This document shows positions 53,701-63,603 of a stretch of DNA of 64,000 nucleotides, piece by piece. The first letter of the stretch is position 1. Every line of letters starts with the position of its first letter. The stretch spans positions 544,001-608,000 of the forward strand of contig CAVUWD010000016.1 of the NCBI GenBank assembly GCA_963745025.1, given 5' to 3'. The notes under the pieces were generated by a model. That model saw nothing but the letters and a program-made list of their open reading frames with translations. It was not told where the DNA came from and ran no database searches. The position numbers and the translations under genes are program-made. The DNA is from an uncultured delta proteobacterium (GTDB taxonomy: Bacteria > Desulfobacterota > Binatia > JACPRU01).

Positions 53701-53860
53701 CGCTCGGTATCACCATCGTCGGGGGCCTCGTACTTTCAGCCAGCTCCTCACCCTCTACACGACCCCGGTGATCTACCTCTATCTCGATCGTCTGCGCCTG
53801 TGGCTCGGCCGCCCGCATCGCTCGCGCAGGTCGCAAGCATGGCTCCGCTCGCACGCGTGA
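50750..53860 (+). CDS. mdtC: RND efflux subunit, MdtC-like (several frameshifts)
   Basis: GTGA overlap; [39 protein letters not shown] and RFRPILMTT. Confidence 0.85.
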
Positions 53861-53892
53861 AACAGTGCCCGCCGGGCTGGAAGGTAGGTCAC

Positions 53893-53938
53893 GAATCGCT
53901 CCCGTTGGTCGCGGACCGTCTCCGGCCGACGCAGCCTG
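53893..53938 (+). repeat. Family A repeat copy
   Basis: ATCGCTCCCGTTGGTCGCGGACCGTCTCCGGCCG matches the 55470 and 12062-12116 copies. Confidence 0.8.
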
Positions 53939-53958
53939 TCGAGCGGGCTTCGAACTGG

Positions 53959-53998
53959 CTCGCGGCTCGACCCGATCCTGGCGTTGCGCTACGAGTGA
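53959..53998 (+). repeat. 40-bp direct repeat, right (orphan) copy
   Basis: CTCGCGGCTCGACCCGATCCTGGCGTTGCGCTACGAGTGA. Confidence 0.92.
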
Positions 53999-54040
53999 GC
54001 CGTCGCTCCCCGGAGCGAGCCCATCGAGGGGGGGTCAAAC

Positions 54041-55121
54041 ATGGAGTTCGGAGTCTTCGTCGCCACCAAGATCGACGACTGGCAGCTCATCCAACACGCC
54101 GAGAATCTCGGCTACGACCGCGCCTGGATCCCCGACTCGCAAATGATCTGGTCGGATTGCTACGCCACGCTCGCGCTTGCCGCGCACAATACCAAGCGCA
54201 TCAAGCTCGGCACCGGCGTCGCCATCCCCGGCACGCGCATCGCTCCGGTGACCGCGCACTCGATCGCCTCGATCAACCGAATCGCCCCGGGCCGCGTCTT
54301 TCTCGGCATCGGCACCGGCCACACGGCGATGCGCGTCATGGGCATGGATCCGATGAAGATCCGCGAGTTCCGCGAATACCTCCGCGTCGTCCGCACGCTG
54401 CTGCGCGGCGAGGAGGTCGACGTACACGCTGAACGGCGTGACCCGAGCGATCCGCTTCCTCCATCAGGATCTCGGCTTCCTCGATCTCACCCATCCGATC
54501 CCGATCTACGTGGCGGCCAACGGGCCCATGGCACTGCGTGCCGTCGGCGAGTTCGGCGACGGACTGGTGTCCGTCGGGAACGAGATCCCGCAGGTGCTGG
54601 CATCCCACATGGCCGGGATCAGCGAAGGAGCGAAGCGCGTCGACCGCGCGCTGCCGAAGGACTTTCACACGGCCACGCTGACCTCCGCGGTCGTGCTGCG
54701 TCCCGGCGAAAAGGCCGGCTCGGACCGCGTGGTCGAGCAATGCGGCTCGCAAGTCGCCGCCGTGCTCCACTTCGCTTACGAGATCGTCAAGCTCACCAAG
54801 AACGAGGCGGCGATCCCGCAGGGCTTCGAGGACGTCTGGCAAGAATACTGCGATCACGTCGAGAAAATGGAGACGCCGAAAGAGAAGCGCTACCTGCAGC
54901 TGCACAACGGCCACTGCACGTTCCTCATGCCCGAGGAGCGCCGCTTCGTGACCGAGAAGACGATCCGCGCCTCCATGCTCGTGGGTGAGCCGGACGAGCT
55001 CGTCGCCCGCATCCGCGAAGCCGAGAAGAGCGGCCTCAAGGAGGTCGGCCTACTGCCCCCGATGGCCGCGGCACGCACGGTCTTCAAGGAGTTCGCCGAG
55101 CAGGTGATTCGTCGCTATTGA
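54041..55121 (+). CDS. LLM-class flavin-dependent oxidoreductase (frameshift near 54420)
   Basis: AENLGYDRAWIPDSQ, RIKLGTGV, APGRVFLGIGTG and IPIYVAANGP. Confidence 0.88.
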
Positions 55122-55127
55122 CCGTCG

Positions 55128-55367
55128 ATGAGCGCCGAACCGCAAGCCGAGATCGCCTGGTATCACCGGCCCGTCGCCATCGTGCTCCTCGCCGTGTTCG
55201 TGCTCGGGCCGCTGGCCCTCCCGCTCGTATGGCGGACTCCAGCCTGGGGGCCGCGAGGACGCTGGATCGCGACCGCGCTGATCCTCGTCTTCACGGTCCT
55301 ACTCTGCTGGCAAGTCTGGGTCGCCGTCCGGATGGCGCTCGAGGAGATGCAGGGGCTCAAACAATGA
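55128..55367 (+). CDS. Small membrane protein (79 aa)
   Basis: Two hydrophobic segments; WYHRP..VLGPLALPLVWRTP. Confidence 0.7.
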   Translation: MSAEPQAEIAWYHRPVAIVLLAVFVLGPLALPLVWRTPAWGPRGRWIATALILVFTVLLCWQVWVAVRMALEEMQGLKQ

Positions 55368-55371
55368 GACG

Positions 55372-55446
55372 ACCGGCTACCGGCTGCCGGCTACCGCAAG
55401 AGACTTCTCGATTTTCGTTGCCGGTAGCCGGAGGCCGATAGCCGGT
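55372..55446. repeat. Heptamer palindromic element, family B copy 3
   Basis: GCTACCG GCTGCCG GCTACCG CAAG...TTGC CGGTAGC CGGAGGC CGATAGC. Confidence 0.85.
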
Positions 55447-55452
55447 GAAGCC

Positions 55453-55512
55453 GTAGAAGTTGCGCCGCAGATCGCTCCCGTTGGTCGCGAACCGTCTCCG
55501 ACCGAACATCCT
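55453..55512 (+). repeat. Family A repeat copy
   Basis: GTTGCGCCGCAGATCGCTCCCGTTGGTCGCGAACCGTCTCCG. Confidence 0.8.
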
Positions 55513-55523
55513 GCCAAGCGAGC

Positions 55524-56339
55524 CTACTTCTTCCGAAACGAGCTGTCTCGCTCGTCGAGCGCCTGCTTGAGGCCTCGCTCGCGCATCTTCCGCATCTCGG
55601 CCTTGGCGGTCGCGGTCTGATGGGCAATCGCATCGAACTCGGAGGCCGACTGCTCGGCGGCATACACCCCCATGAGCTCGAAAAAGCGGTTCGTGGCCGC
55701 CTTGTGGAGCGTCAGCATGTCCACGGGCACCATGGCGACCCGGCGCGCGTAGGCGAGTGTCTCCTCGTCGAGCCGCTCACGCGGATAGACGCGGTTCACC
55801 AGGCCGTACTCGAGCGCCTGTGCGGCGGTCATCGAGTCGCCGGTGAATAGGAATTCCTTGGTGCGGCGCATGCCGATTAGGTAGGGCCACATCGAGAGCG
55901 TCGGAATCACGCCGAGCGTCCGACCGGCCGGATGTCCGAACTCGGCGTCCTCGGCGGCGAAGACGATGTCACAATGGCCGGCGAGCTCGGTCGCCCCAGC
56001 CAGGCAGTAGCCATGCACCTGCGCGATCGTCGGCTTCGGCAGGTTCCACAAGCGCTGCCAGCGCTCGACGAGCGTTCGCATCGCCCAGCGGTCTTCGGTG
56101 ATCGTGAACCGCCCGCCGCCCTCCCCGCTCGGCGTAAGATCGTATCCCGCCGAGAACGCGCGGCCGGCACCCCGGAGGACGAGCACGCTCGCGTCGGGAT
56201 CGCGCTCGAACGCGGTGAGGGCTGCGTCGAGCTCGCCGAGGAGCCGTGGGCTCATCGCATTGAGCTTCTCGGGACGGTTCAGCGTAATGCGAATGATCCT
56301 CTCTTCGAGCTGCTCGTAGACGATCGTGTCGTACGACAT
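55524..56339 (-). CDS. Enoyl-CoA hydratase/isomerase family protein
   Basis: ITLNRPEKLNA, AFSAGYDL, PKPTIAQVHGYCLAGA and GLVNRV. Confidence 0.92.
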   Translation of the reverse strand: MSYDTIVYEQLEERIIRITLNRPEKLNAMSPRLLGELDAALTAFERDPDASVLVLRGAGRAFSAGYDLTPSGEGGGRFTITEDRWAMRTLVERWQRLWNLPKPTIAQVHGYCLAGATELAGHCDIVFAAEDAEFGHPAGRTLGVIPTLSMWPYLIGMRRTKEFLFTGDSMTAAQALEYGLVNRVYPRERLDEETLAYARRVAMVPVDMLTLHKAATNRFFELMGVYAAEQSASEFDAIAHQTATAKAEMRKMRERGLKQALDERDSSFRKK

Positions 56340-56457
56340 GCCGTGTCAGTCCTCCGCGGCATCCCTCTTAGCCGTCGTGCGGCTAGGATTCCACGCCCGA
56401 CTCACCCGCTACTGCCCTTTCCCGCGCCTCGTGCCGGGACTAGAATCGTGGTCCGTC

Positions 56458-58032
56458 GTGAGCCTCCTGCCGATTCTCCTCGCCGCTTCGATGCTCGACC
56501 CGGCTGGCGCCAGTGCGCGCGAGGAGGCTTCGGGACCCGCGACGGGGGAGCCGGTGAGCGAGCTCCGCCAGCTCACCAGCGACCCCGGCATCGACGCCAT
56601 GCCATCCTGGGCTCCCGATGGCCGGCGGATCGTCTTTCATGCCCGCCGTCCTCCCGAAAAAGCGAGCGTGCTGCCCACACGAAAGATCTGGATCATGGAC
56701 CGCGCTGGCAAAAACGCCCGCAAGCTTTCGGAAGGCGCTGCGGACGAGTATCATCCGGTGTTCTCGCCCGACGGCACGAAGATCGCGTTTGTCTCGGAGG
56801 CAAACGGCTCGCGCGACATCTGGATCATGGATGCAGACGGCAAGAATCCTCTCCCGCTCACCGACGATCCCGGGCTCGAAGAGCACCCCTCTTGGTCTCC
56901 GGACGGCCGGCAGATCGCCTACGTGGCGCTCCCCAAGGACGGCGGAAACTTCGATGTCTGGATCATGAACGCGGACGGCAGCGGTAAGCGGAAGCTCACG
57001 TTCAGTGCCGCCAACGAGGTGTTCCCCGCGTGGCACCCGCAGGGCCACACGATCGCCTTCGCCACCGACCTGAACGGCAACTTCGACATTTACGGCATTT
57101 CGCTTCCCGAAGAGAAGACCTTTCCGATCGTCACCGGACCGGCGAACGAAACGCGTCCTGCCTGGTCGCCCGACGGGACGAAGATCGCGTTCACGCGCTG
57201 GCCCGCCGAGGGGCGCAGCACCGACGCTACGCTGTGGGTGGCCAACGCCGACGGCAGCGTTCCCACGGAGCTCGCGATCGCGCCGCCGGCGGTGCATCCC
57301 GCGTGGTCGCCCGATGGCATGACGCTCGCGTTCCAGCGCTCGGCCGACGGCAACTGGAACATCTGGAGCGCACGGCTCTCGAGCGCGTTGGTCAAGGAAG
57401 GGCGCTTGCGCTTGGCGCGCCAGGGGCGCGGCGGCGGCGAGGACGTCGTCAAGATTCGGAGCGCACGCACGCTCTCCGGCTCGATCTCGACGCCCAAGTT
57501 CCGGTTACGTGCTCCCTACGGGCTGGTCGAGCTGCCACGTCGGGCGCTCGCCTCCATCCAGTTCGCCAACATCGAGAAGGGCACCGCGACGTTGGTTCTC
57601 ACCAACGGGGACAGCCTGAGCGGGCTCTTGCTCGACGACGAGATCGAGCTCACCACCCCCCATGGGAAGGAAACCCTCCGCAAGGAGAAGCTCGAGGCGA
57701 TCGGCTTCCGCGTCGAGGCTGGAGAAGCCGCTGCACGCTCCGGCTCGGCGCGCCTGTCGATGCGTAACGGGGATTCCTTCACCGCCGACCTCCGTACCTC
57801 CTCGCTTCGCCTGCAGGTCGGTAGCCAGACACTGGACCTGCCGCTCACCGACGTCGCTCGTGTGGATTTCGGCGAAGAAGGAAAGAAGACTTCGGTGCTG
57901 ACCCGTAAGGGCGACACGCTCGCCGGCACTCTAGAAACGCCGCTCCTCGAGGTGAGCCTGCCGGCGGGCGCCTATCTTGGCCTCTATCCCGCGTACATCC
58001 GAACCCTCACACTGACGGAGGTTTCGCCATGA
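56458..58032 (+). CDS. TolB-like PD40 beta-propeller protein with an extra C-terminal repeated beta domain
   Basis: Six P-x-W/F-x-P-x-G repeats; signal-like N-terminus; TAGAAT at 56441; start approximate. Confidence 0.85.
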   Translation: MSLLPILLAASMLDPAGASAREEASGPATGEPVSELRQLTSDPGIDAMPSWAPDGRRIVFHARRPPEKASVLPTRKIWIMDRAGKNARKLSEGAADEYHPVFSPDGTKIAFVSEANGSRDIWIMDADGKNPLPLTDDPGLEEHPSWSPDGRQIAYVALPKDGGNFDVWIMNADGSGKRKLTFSAANEVFPAWHPQGHTIAFATDLNGNFDIYGISLPEEKTFPIVTGPANETRPAWSPDGTKIAFTRWPAEGRSTDATLWVANADGSVPTELAIAPPAVHPAWSPDGMTLAFQRSADGNWNIWSARLSSALVKEGRLRLARQGRGGGEDVVKIRSARTLSGSISTPKFRLRAPYGLVELPRRALASIQFANIEKGTATLVLTNGDSLSGLLLDDEIELTTPHGKETLRKEKLEAIGFRVEAGEAAARSGSARLSMRNGDSFTADLRTSSLRLQVGSQTLDLPLTDVARVDFGEEGKKTSVLTRKGDTLAGTLETPLLEVSLPAGAYLGLYPAYIRTLTLTEVSP

Positions 58033-58838
58033 AGCGTATCGCCACCATTACGCTCGCGCTCTTCGCGACCGGCTGTTTTCGGACCACCGGCCTGAATCGC
58101 TTCCAGCCCGACATGTACTCGGTCGACCAAGAGGTCGGCATGGGTCACGAGATGTCGAAGGAGGTGGAGAAGGAGACGACGCTCGTCCGCCATCACGCGC
58201 TCACGCAGGTGGTCCAGGGAATCGGCCAGCGACTGCTCGAGCACTCGAACCGGCCCGAGTTCCGGCTCTATCCCTACACGTTCAAGGTCGTCGACAGCGA
58301 CGAGGTCAACGCGTTTTCGCTCCCGGGAGGGCCGATCTACGTGAACATGGGGCTCGTCGAGCTCGCCGAGAACGAAGACGAGCTGGCGGCGGTGATCGCG
58401 CACGAGATGGGGCACGTGGCCGCGCGCCACGCGACCGAGCAGATGACCACGCTTCAGCTGTCGCAGCTCGCGATGTTCGTCACGCTGTCGGTAGTCCCCG
58501 CACTGCCGCCGGTCGCGATGGAAGGAACGCGGCTCGGCTACATCCTCGGCGTCCTGCGCTACAACCGCAGCATGGAGGGCGAGGCCGACGAACTCGGCCT
58601 CGAGCTCATGGAATCGGCCGGATTCGATCCCCGGGGGATGACGACGATGCTGAGGCACCTCGAGGAGGAGCGGCGCGAAGAGCCGGTCATGCTCGAGCGT
58701 CTGATGTCGAGCCACCCGCTTCCCGACGACCGCATTCAAGCCGTGGAGACCGTGCTGGCGAAGGAACCCGAAGATCGGAGGTCACGGGGCTCATCGGCGA
58801 GCTTCGAGCGAATCAAGGTCCTTTTCGTCAAGGACTGA
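58029..58838 (+). CDS. M48 family metalloprotease lipoprotein
   Basis: Lipobox FATGC; VNAFSLPGG, HEMGH, EGEAD and SSHP. Confidence 0.9.
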   Translation: MKRIATITLALFATGCFRTTGLNRFQPDMYSVDQEVGMGHEMSKEVEKETTLVRHHALTQVVQGIGQRLLEHSNRPEFRLYPYTFKVVDSDEVNAFSLPGGPIYVNMGLVELAENEDELAAVIAHEMGHVAARHATEQMTTLQLSQLAMFVTLSVVPALPPVAMEGTRLGYILGVLRYNRSMEGEADELGLELMESAGFDPRGMTTMLRHLEEERREEPVMLERLMSSHPLPDDRIQAVETVLAKEPEDRRSRGSSASFERIKVLFVKD

Positions 58839-58844
58839 GCCCTC

Positions 58845-59408
58845 TTGGTCTACATCGTCCTGTTCCTTCTCCTCGCCTCCTCCTGCAGGCCGTCGGTGGG
58901 CCCCGAGCGGCCCGAGGTTTCCCACCGTCAACAGAAGCTGGTTCGCGCCAGCTTCGGGGAGGTGTGGCGTGCCACGCACGGCGCCATCGAGGATACGCAC
59001 CTGCGCGTCACCGAGAACGACGAAGCCGGAGGAACGATCCACCTCTCGGTGCGAAAGACGGCGAGGAGCCGGCCCGAGGAGCTCGAGCGGGAGCTCGCGC
59101 GGATCGCGGAGATCGACAAGGCGCGCCAGCAGGGTCTCCAGCAGCTGAGCGAGTACCTGCTCGACTACACCGTCGCCGTCGCGCGACTCGGCGAGCAGGA
59201 GACGCGGCTCGAAGTCTCCACGCGGATCACCGCGGTCGATCGCAGTGAGGTCATGATGATCGTTCCCGGCATTGCGCAGGTCATCCCTCGGACTTTCGAA
59301 GTGCCCTCGAAGGGGATCCTGGAGCGCAACCTCGTCGCGCAGATCGCCGAGCGCTTGTTCCTGAGCGAGGAGATGCTCTATTCCCTCGGCGTGCTCGGCC
59401 GGGAATAG
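58845..59408 (+). CDS. Hypothetical lipoprotein
   Basis: TTG start, lipobox LASSC; same operon as the M48 gene. Confidence 0.7.
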   Translation: MVYIVLFLLLASSCRPSVGPERPEVSHRQQKLVRASFGEVWRATHGAIEDTHLRVTENDEAGGTIHLSVRKTARSRPEELERELARIAEIDKARQQGLQQLSEYLLDYTVAVARLGEQETRLEVSTRITAVDRSEVMMIVPGIAQVIPRTFEVPSKGILERNLVAQIAERLFLSEEMLYSLGVLGRE

Positions 59409-59502
59409 AGGTCGTCGTCAGTCCGTTCGTGGCGAATTCCGTTGGAGCCAATCGGTCGGTCCCACGTTGCATCGCGCCTCTCGATCGTGCATCCACCGAT
59501 GC

Positions 59503-60183
59503 ATGCCCCGTGCCCGGACGAGCGTGCTCGGCGTGGCGATCCTTCTCGTGATGTGCGCCGTCGGATCCGCGCAGTACGGGGTCTCGCCGTATCACACGGG
59601 ACAGCCCGACCTTCGCAGTCCCTACGCAAAGTCGCGTGACGGCTCGACGGTCGAGCAGTACGCGCGGCTTCTCGACTCGCCGGAAGCGAAGCAACGCCTG
59701 TTGGCGGTCGAAGACCTCGGTCAATCGGAGGACCCGCACGCCGTCAACTACCTGCTGAAGGCGATCGACGACGTCGATCTTCGCGTACAGGCGCGCGCCA
59801 TCGATTATCTCGGCACCCGGCGCTCCGCCGACGCCACTCCGCTGCTCGCGCAGAAGCTGTTCTTCACGGGCGCCCCCGGAGCGCTCCGCCAGCGCATCCT
59901 CTCCGCGCTCGGCAAGATCGGCGATCCGAGCGCCAGCCGGGCGATCCTCGATTTCATCGCGCAGGAGCGCAATCCGGACGTGCGCGGCACCGGCTTCTAC
60001 ACGCTCGGCGAGATCGGCGACGTGACGATCCGCGACGATCTGCGGAAGCTCGGGGAGCAGGAGAGCGACCCCCGTCTGAAGCAGCTCGTCGACGAGGCGC
60101 TCGTCAAGATGACCACGATGCGGCGGCCGAAGAAGCAGGACTTCGTACCGCCTTCAGCGGGCGTGGTGCCGCCACTGAGATGA
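59503..60183 (+). CDS. Secreted HEAT-repeat protein
   Basis: Signal peptide; repeated R..A...LG HEAT/PBS units. Confidence 0.8.
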   Translation: MPRARTSVLGVAILLVMCAVGSAQYGVSPYHTGQPDLRSPYAKSRDGSTVEQYARLLDSPEAKQRLLAVEDLGQSEDPHAVNYLLKAIDDVDLRVQARAIDYLGTRRSADATPLLAQKLFFTGAPGALRQRILSALGKIGDPSASRAILDFIAQERNPDVRGTGFYTLGEIGDVTIRDDLRKLGEQESDPRLKQLVDEALVKMTTMRRPKKQDFVPPSAGVVPPLR

Positions 60184-60187
60184 AGGC

Positions 60188-60257
60188 CTTCCGGCTACTG
60201 GCTACCGGCAAAGACTTCACTGCGGCCCTCTTGCGGTAGCCGGTAGTCGGTAGCCGG
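60188..60257. repeat. Heptamer palindromic element, family B copy 4
   Basis: GCTACTG GCTACCG GCAAAG...CTTG CGGTAGC CGGTAGT CGGTAGC. Confidence 0.85.
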
Positions 60258-60291
60258 TTCTATCCTCTACGCCGCTCGAGCGCGGCGTGCT

Positions 60292-61473
60292 TCACGTGAC
60301 CTCCTTCAAGAGCTCCTCGGCGATGATCATCTTGCGCACTTCGGTGGTGCCGGCACCGATCTCCAAGAGCTTGATCGTGCGGTAGAGACGGTTGATCTCG
60401 GATTCCCAAATGTAGCCCATTCCCCCGTGAATTTGCACTGCATGGTCGAGCACCGCATTCAAGGAATCGGCCGTGTACATCACCGTCGCGGCGGTCAGCT
60501 TATGGATCGCGCCGCGCCCGCCGCCGCCGGGCTCGAGGTCGTTGCAGGCGGCCAAGCATCGGTGGTTCAGCGTACGCATCGCTTCGAGCCGCGTGTACAT
60601 GTCGGCGAGGCGCGACTGCACCATCTGGAAGCTGCCGATCGGTTTGCCGAATTGCTCGCGGGTCTTGGCGTGCTCCACGGCGAGCGCGAGTGCTCGCTCG
60701 GCGATTCCCACGGCGAGGGGCGCGACCAACGCCCGCTCGAGGTCGAGACCGCTCATCACCACGCGCTTCCCTTCGTTCTCCTCGCCGACGAGGCATTCCG
60801 CCGGAACCCGGCAGTCGTCGAAGACGAGCTCCGCGGTCTGGCTGCCGCGAAATCCCATCTTCTCGAGCTTCTGCGCCACGTTGAATCCCGGCGTGTCGGT
60901 CTCGACCAGGAACGCCGAGATCCCGTGCGCGCCGCGCGCGGGATCGGTTTTGGCATAGACCAGCGCCACGTCCGCTACCGGACCGTTGGTGATGTAGAGC
61001 TTGCGCCCGTTCAGAACGTAGTGGTCTCCCTCGCGCCGCGCCGTCATGCGCATCGAGCCGAGCGCGTCGGAGCCCGCGCCCGGCTCGGTGAGCGCCAAAC
61101 AGCCGATGCGCGAGCCGTCGCAGAGCCCGGGTACCCATCGGCGCCGCTGCTCGTCACTGCCGTTGCGGAGGAGGTTGTTCAAGCAGAGGTTTTCGTGGGC
61201 CACCCAGGAGAGCGCGAGCGCCGGGTTCCAGCGCGCGAATGCCTCGGCGACGAGCCCGCTGGCGAAGAGGTCCAGGCCCGCCCCGCCGAGGTCCGCCGGC
61301 GCGGTGATCCCGAGATATCCGTTCCGCCCGAGAGCTCGGAACTCCTCGTCTGGCCACCACTCCTCTTCGTCCATCCGCGCCGCGAGCGGATAGAGGCGGT
61401 CGCGTCCGTAGCGATCCGCGGCATCGAGGATTCCCTGCCGTTCGCCGTCGAGCTCGAAGCAAATCTGGTTCAC
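60292..61473 (-). CDS. Acyl-CoA dehydrogenase (isovaleryl-CoA DH-like)
   Basis: LALTEPGAGSD, LNGRKLYITNG, REQFGKPIGSFQ, QIHGGMGY and EIGAGTTE. Confidence 0.92.
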   Translation of the reverse strand: MNQICFELDGERQGILDAADRYGRDRLYPLAARMDEEEWWPDEEFRALGRNGYLGITAPADLGGAGLDLFASGLVAEAFARWNPALALSWVAHENLCLNNLLRNGSDEQRRRWVPGLCDGSRIGCLALTEPGAGSDALGSMRMTARREGDHYVLNGRKLYITNGPVADVALVYAKTDPARGAHGISAFLVETDTPGFNVAQKLEKMGFRGSQTAELVFDDCRVPAECLVGEENEGKRVVMSGLDLERALVAPLAVGIAERALALAVEHAKTREQFGKPIGSFQMVQSRLADMYTRLEAMRTLNHRCLAACNDLEPGGGGRGAIHKLTAATVMYTADSLNAVLDHAVQIHGGMGYIWESEINRLYRTIKLLEIGAGTTEVRKMIIAEELLKEVT

Positions 61474-61554
61474 TTGAACCCCCGTCGACGAGCCGTCGAG
61501 GTGCGAGAGCTTGCCTGATCGCACTTCGAAAGGCTACATCGGCCGACGACGCAA

Positions 61555-61581
61555 CGCGAAGCAACGGGAGCGATCTGTGAC
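61555..61581 (-). repeat. Family A repeat copy (variant)
   Basis: CGCGAAGCAACGGGAGCGATCTGTGAC versus CGCGACCAACGGGAGCGATCTGTGAC at 12081. Confidence 0.75.
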
Positions 61582-61614
61582 GGACAGCTCTCGGCTCTGC
61601 GCGCCGCAATCCGC

Positions 61615-63077
61615 ATGAAGAAGCTCCTGATCGCCAACCGGGGTGAGATCGCGGTGCGGATCATCCGCACGCTGCGCGCACTCGGTGTATCGAGCGTCGT
61701 CGTCCACCACGCAGCGGACGCCGAAAGCCTTGCCGTGCGCGAGGCCGACGAGGCCGTCGAGATTGCCGCGACGACGCCGGTCGCCGCCTACCTCGACATC
61801 GAGGCGATCGTCGCCGCCGCCCGAGCGACCGGCGCCGAAGCGATCCATCCCGGATACGGGTTTCTCGCCGAAAATGCCGATTTCGCCGCCGCGGTCGAGG
61901 GCGCAGGGCTTCGTTTCGTCGGTCCGCCCGCCGACGTCGTCCGCCTGCTTGGCGACAAGATCCGCGCGCGCGAGCTCGTCGCGCGCGCGGGATTTCCGGT
62001 CACCCCGTCGGCGGCCGAAGGTCTCGACTCCGGCAAATTTCTCGCCGAGGCCCGCGCCGCTCGGCTTTCCGCTGCTGATCAAGGCGGCCGCCGGCGGCGG
62101 CGGCCGCGGCATGCGCATCGTGCGCGCCTCCGAGGGCCTCGAAGGGGAGATCGAATCGGCGCGCCGGGAAGCCGAGCGCAGCTTCAAGGACGGGCGTGTA
62201 TACGCCGAGCGCTACGTCGAGCGGCCCCGGCACATCGAGGTGCAGATCCTCTCCGATCGACACGGCACGCACCTTCATCTCGGCGAGCGGGAATGCTCCG
62301 TACAGCGCCGCTTCCAGAAGCTGATCGAGGAGACACCCTCGGCGGCGTTGAATCCCGAGCAGCGTCGCCGCCTCTGCGAGAGCGCGGTCGGCATCGCCCG
62401 CACCGTCGGCTACCGAAACGCGGGGACCGTCGAGTTCCTCCTCGCGCCGTCCGGCGAGTTCTATTTCCTCGAGGTCAACACCCGCCTGCAGGTCGAGCAT
62501 CCGGTGACCGAGATGGTCACGGGTTTGGACCTCGTGGCGGAACAGCTGCGAGTCGCCGCGGGCGAGCGGATCTCCTTCCGCCAGGAGGACGTCCGCTCGC
62601 ACGGCCACGCAATCGAGTGCCGAATCTGCGCCGAGGATCCCGCCCGCGGCCACACGCCGACGGCCGGGGAGGTGGCGCTGCTTCGCGCCCCCACCGGCCC
62701 CGGCGTCCGGTTCGACAGCGGCCTCTGCGAGGGGCAGGCGATCACCACCGCCTTCGACTCGATGCTCGCCAAGGTGATCGTCCACGGCTCCGATCGCGCC
62801 CAGGCGATCGCCCGCATGCGACAAGGCGCTGCGCGATCTCGTGCTGCTCGGAGTCGTGCACAACGCGGCCTACCTCGAGCGGGTGCTCGCGCACCCCGCG
62901 TTCGCACGGGGCGAGCTTCACACCCATTTTCTCGAGCAGCACCACCCCGATCTCCTGCCTCCTCCGCCTGCCGGCGCCGAGCTGGCGGCGCTGCTCGCGG
63001 GGGCCACGCTCGTCGACAAGGGCGCCGGCGGCGAGATCCCCGAGCTCTACGCGGCGATCGGCGAGTGGAGAAACTGA
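61615..63077 (+). CDS. Acyl-CoA carboxylase biotin carboxylase subunit (frameshifts near 62050 and 62820)
   Basis: KLLIANRGEIA, HPGYGFLAEN, IKAAAGGGGRGM, ERECSVQRR and EVNTRLQVEH. Confidence 0.9.
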
Positions 63078-63078
63078 C

Positions 63079-63579
63079 GTGAAGCGCATCTTCCGGATCG
63101 GCGAAGACCGTCACGAGCTCCTCGTGCTGCCTCACCGAGGCGGGAAGAGGCTCAGGATCGAGGGTAACGAGCACCTGGCGCGCTTGGCGTCGCTCGGAGC
63201 GTGCGAGTACCGGGTAGAGCTCGATGGAGTCGCCCATCGCGCTTGGATCGTCGTGCGCGGCGACGCGATCCACGTTCATCTCGGTGGCCGCTCGTGGACG
63301 CTCGAGACGATCGATGAGCTCGCCGAGACCTCCGCCCATGGCGGCGGCGCGAGCGACACCGCGGAAGCCCCGATGCCCGGCACGGTGGTCCGTGTCCAGG
63401 TCGGCGTCGGAGACGCGGTGAAGCGCGGCCAGACGCTCGTCGTGATCGAGAGCATGAAAATGGAGACCGCGATCGTCGCCTGGCGCGACGGCATCGTGGC
63501 CGCCGTTCACCGGCCGCTCGGCGCGACCTTCGACCGAAAGGCCCCGCTGGTCTCCCTGGAGCCCGAACCCGCCGCCTAA
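63079..63579 (+). CDS. Biotin carboxyl carrier (BT-BCCP) subunit
   Basis: APMPGTV...ESMKME biotinylation motif. Confidence 0.85.
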   Translation: MKRIFRIGEDRHELLVLPHRGGKRLRIEGNEHLARLASLGACEYRVELDGVAHRAWIVVRGDAIHVHLGGRSWTLETIDELAETSAHGGGASDTAEAPMPGTVVRVQVGVGDAVKRGQTLVVIESMKMETAIVAWRDGIVAAVHRPLGATFDRKAPLVSLEPEPAA

Positions 63580-63603
63580 GCCGAGCGAAGACCCGAGGCA
63601 ATC

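Noticed and set aside
47641-53860. Programmed frameshifting or true pseudogenes in mdtB/mdtC
   Set aside because: Many scattered indels without slippery heptamers; sequencing or assembly error is more parsimonious
56458-58032. Bona fide tolB
   Set aside because: No TolB N-terminal domain and no tolQRA/pal context
63075-63077. TGA after the biotin carboxylase as selenocysteine
   Set aside because: The downstream ORF is in a different frame and there is no Cys-equivalent redox motif
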